Assembly: GCF_016432865.1 (NCBI RefSeq)
Contig: NC_067398.1
Location: 701,716,001-701,780,000, forward strand
Source: Antechinus flavipes
Taxonomy: Eukaryota
Length of the DNA: 64,000 bases
Direction of reading: 5' to 3'
Positions 61,801 to 64,000 of this stretch are shown here, piece by piece. Position 1 is the first letter of the stretch. Each line of letters starts with the position of its first letter. The notes below the pieces were generated by a model that worked only from the letters and a program-made list of their open reading frames with translations, did no database searches and had not been told where the DNA came from. Position numbers and translations under genes: made by a program.

Positions 61801-63373
61801 TCTTTGGTGACTGAGCTTTTAATACTTGAAGAAGTCTCTTTACCACTATTTCTCCAAACTCGACCAAAAATCCAACAATAAAGTCTGCATACAAATGGAG
61901 ACAACCAAGTGAGGAGCTGGCCAAGCTGAGCAGCCTGACAAGGCTTCTTATGAACTTTAAAGCTTATTTTCTAAGAGGCCACTGAGAGGTTGAATGATAG
62001 AGACAAGACCTGGACTTTTTGCGTCTATAAAAAAACTAAATGTGCCATATACAAGAATTTAAATAGAAAATTCATATGGAGTGGCAGCGATACTTGATTT
62101 TTTTTTAAATCATATCATTAAAAATTACTTTGAATAAGAAAGATTTTATAGGAGCCCTACAGTTTTATTTTCAAAAGTTGAATTGATTTACAATAATTCA
62201 TAAAATCAAAAATCCTGATATAATTCATATAAATTTACTTCAAACTAATTTGCATTTACTTTACACAGTTAAGTCACTTTATATGAATGAGAAGAGAATT
62301 CCCGCCAGCAAAAACATCTACTATGGCAGATATTGTCTAAACACACCCAATAAATAGCAGAATAAATAAATAAATAAATCCTGCTGATTAGATTTCTTCA
62401 TTTTCCCCTCAAGCAGCATTTTAAGAAACACAATCTTTTAATGATTATTTAATTTTCATGTAACTAGAATCTAAATCCTTTACATACCACACAGCAGGCT
62501 CACTATAAATGATCTCATTTTTCATAGAAAAAAACTAATTACATGGTTCAATAAGTTGCCTATGGTAAAACAACCATTTTATTTACATTCAAAAGGTGGA
62601 CCTTAGCTTAGTCTCAACACTCTTGCTAATTCCAAGCATATTTAGCTTTAAGAGTTCTCTCTAATTTATTAGTCGCACTTCTTTCTTGGCCACAGAAGAA
62701 AAAATTCTTTCATTATGATCCTGCCAGGATTTTATAATTCAAGTTTATTACTTATCAAATTCTTAATATGTATTTGACTTTCTTTGAAGCACATAATTAC
62801 CTATTAAATCTAATCTTATTTCAGTAACTATACATTAGAATCATTTAGATAATAGTCAGGCAATGCAGGCTACATTGTTTTACAACAGAAACAAATTCAT
62901 TTTGTTTTTTTTTTGTTTTTTTCAAAAATGAGAACAGTAAAATAAAGCAACAGATAACTGTCATTATTTGATTCAGGAGAAAAATATATCAAGTTCCTGA
63001 ATAATTTAAATTCTAAATTTTAGAAACTCTCCAACATCAAAACAGACTTCAAAAAGTACAGAACTTGCTATTTTACTGCTTCTCTTTTTTAAATTGCCTT
63101 GGATACCAGCATTTAGCAGTAATTTTTTCTTATAATGATTTACAAAGGTATCCTTAGTCTGCTCAAAGAACAGCAAACATGAAAGGTGGATTTTAATAAC
63201 AATATAAATTCTGATTTATCACAAAGCAATGAAATCCATAGTACGATGTGAAATGTGGATGCATGAAACACTACAGATCACGGATGCATAGAAGTATAGA
63301 ATTTACATGTAATTTTTAAAGATTTTCTAACACATTTCTCTGTTTGAGAAATACTAAATAAACCCATATGATT

Positions 63374-63397
63374 GGGGGGGGGGGGGGGTAAGGGGGG
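63374..63397 (+). repeat. Poly-G tract
   Basis: ggggggggggggggggtaagggggg. Confidence 0.9.
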
Positions 63398-64000
63398 AAA
63401 GCATTACTCCTGCTTCCAATTTAACCAGAGGGATTCATTTCAATGAATCATACATTGGCCACTAGAAATGAAGGGAGAGGAAAAAAAACTCTGGTAGGAA
63501 GAAAAGCAGGAGGTAAATTTCCTTTTTTAAAAATAAATTAAAGTGAAATAAATGACATTTTGCCCACAGTCCTAATGCCTGTCAATTTTATGGGTAAAGG
63601 TTGTCACTTTCAAAGGAAGCAATTTTTTAAATCCCAAATGAGAACAAGCTCTCATTTAATAAATGTACTTGAATAGGTTTATTTTATTAAGTCTAAAGAA
63701 ATTACAAGATACCCATGAACATATGACAGCATATGCAAGTCATGTGCTGTTTGCCTAAATATGCTGCAGAGAGCTATAGTTTCAGAAAACCCATATCCAC
63801 ACTAAATACTGGATTGCTGGGGGGGTTTTTTCCCCCTTTAGGATTTTAATATGCAAATTCTCTTCCTCTATATTCTCCATTTTGTTCTTTTTTGTCCATT
63901 GCTCTTCTTTAAATCCCTTTCATGCCTGAAAATATGTTCTCAGGTCTTGTGAAACTGATTCATGAAGCAGATGGTTCAAGCTATTTTTTTTTTTTAAAAT

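Noticed and set aside
1-64000. Endogenous non-retroviral viral elements (filovirus-, bornavirus- or parvovirus-like), CRISPR arrays, tRNA/rRNA genes
   Set aside because: No ORF resembled those proteins by eye, there is no repeat-spacer array, and the tRNA-like A/B boxes all belong to SINE heads. Highly decayed EVEs would need tBLASTn to exclude.

Overview
AT-rich, CpG-depleted vertebrate non-coding DNA, almost certainly from a marsupial. It is probably a dasyurid such as the Tasmanian devil, inferred from WSINE1/Mar1-type CORE-SINEs and marsupial-type L1 3' ends and LTRs recognised from memory of repeat consensuses. No protein-coding exon, RNA gene or CRISPR array can be supported. The ORF track is explained by chance, decayed retroelements or the 134-N gap. 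The window is a mosaic of decayed L2, L3/CR1, RTE, L1, MIR/Mar1/WSINE1 SINEs, a solo LTR, hAT MITEs and a Tigger1 deletion derivative, separated by repeat-free blocks that look like conserved non-coding elements (large intron or gene desert). The most distinctive structure not explained by those features is an ~84-bp inverted duplication (75/84 matches; arms 20340-20423 and 21191-21277) that copies a hAT MITE end together with its host flank. Other leads are a CpG-retaining block with three minus-strand splice donors (~9.6-10.4 kb), a perfect RFX X-box with AP-1 and C/EBP sites (47.1 kb), and CTCF-like motifs in L1 3' ends. I found no convincing new multi-gene system. Repeat boundaries are approximate and family names were not checked against a database.
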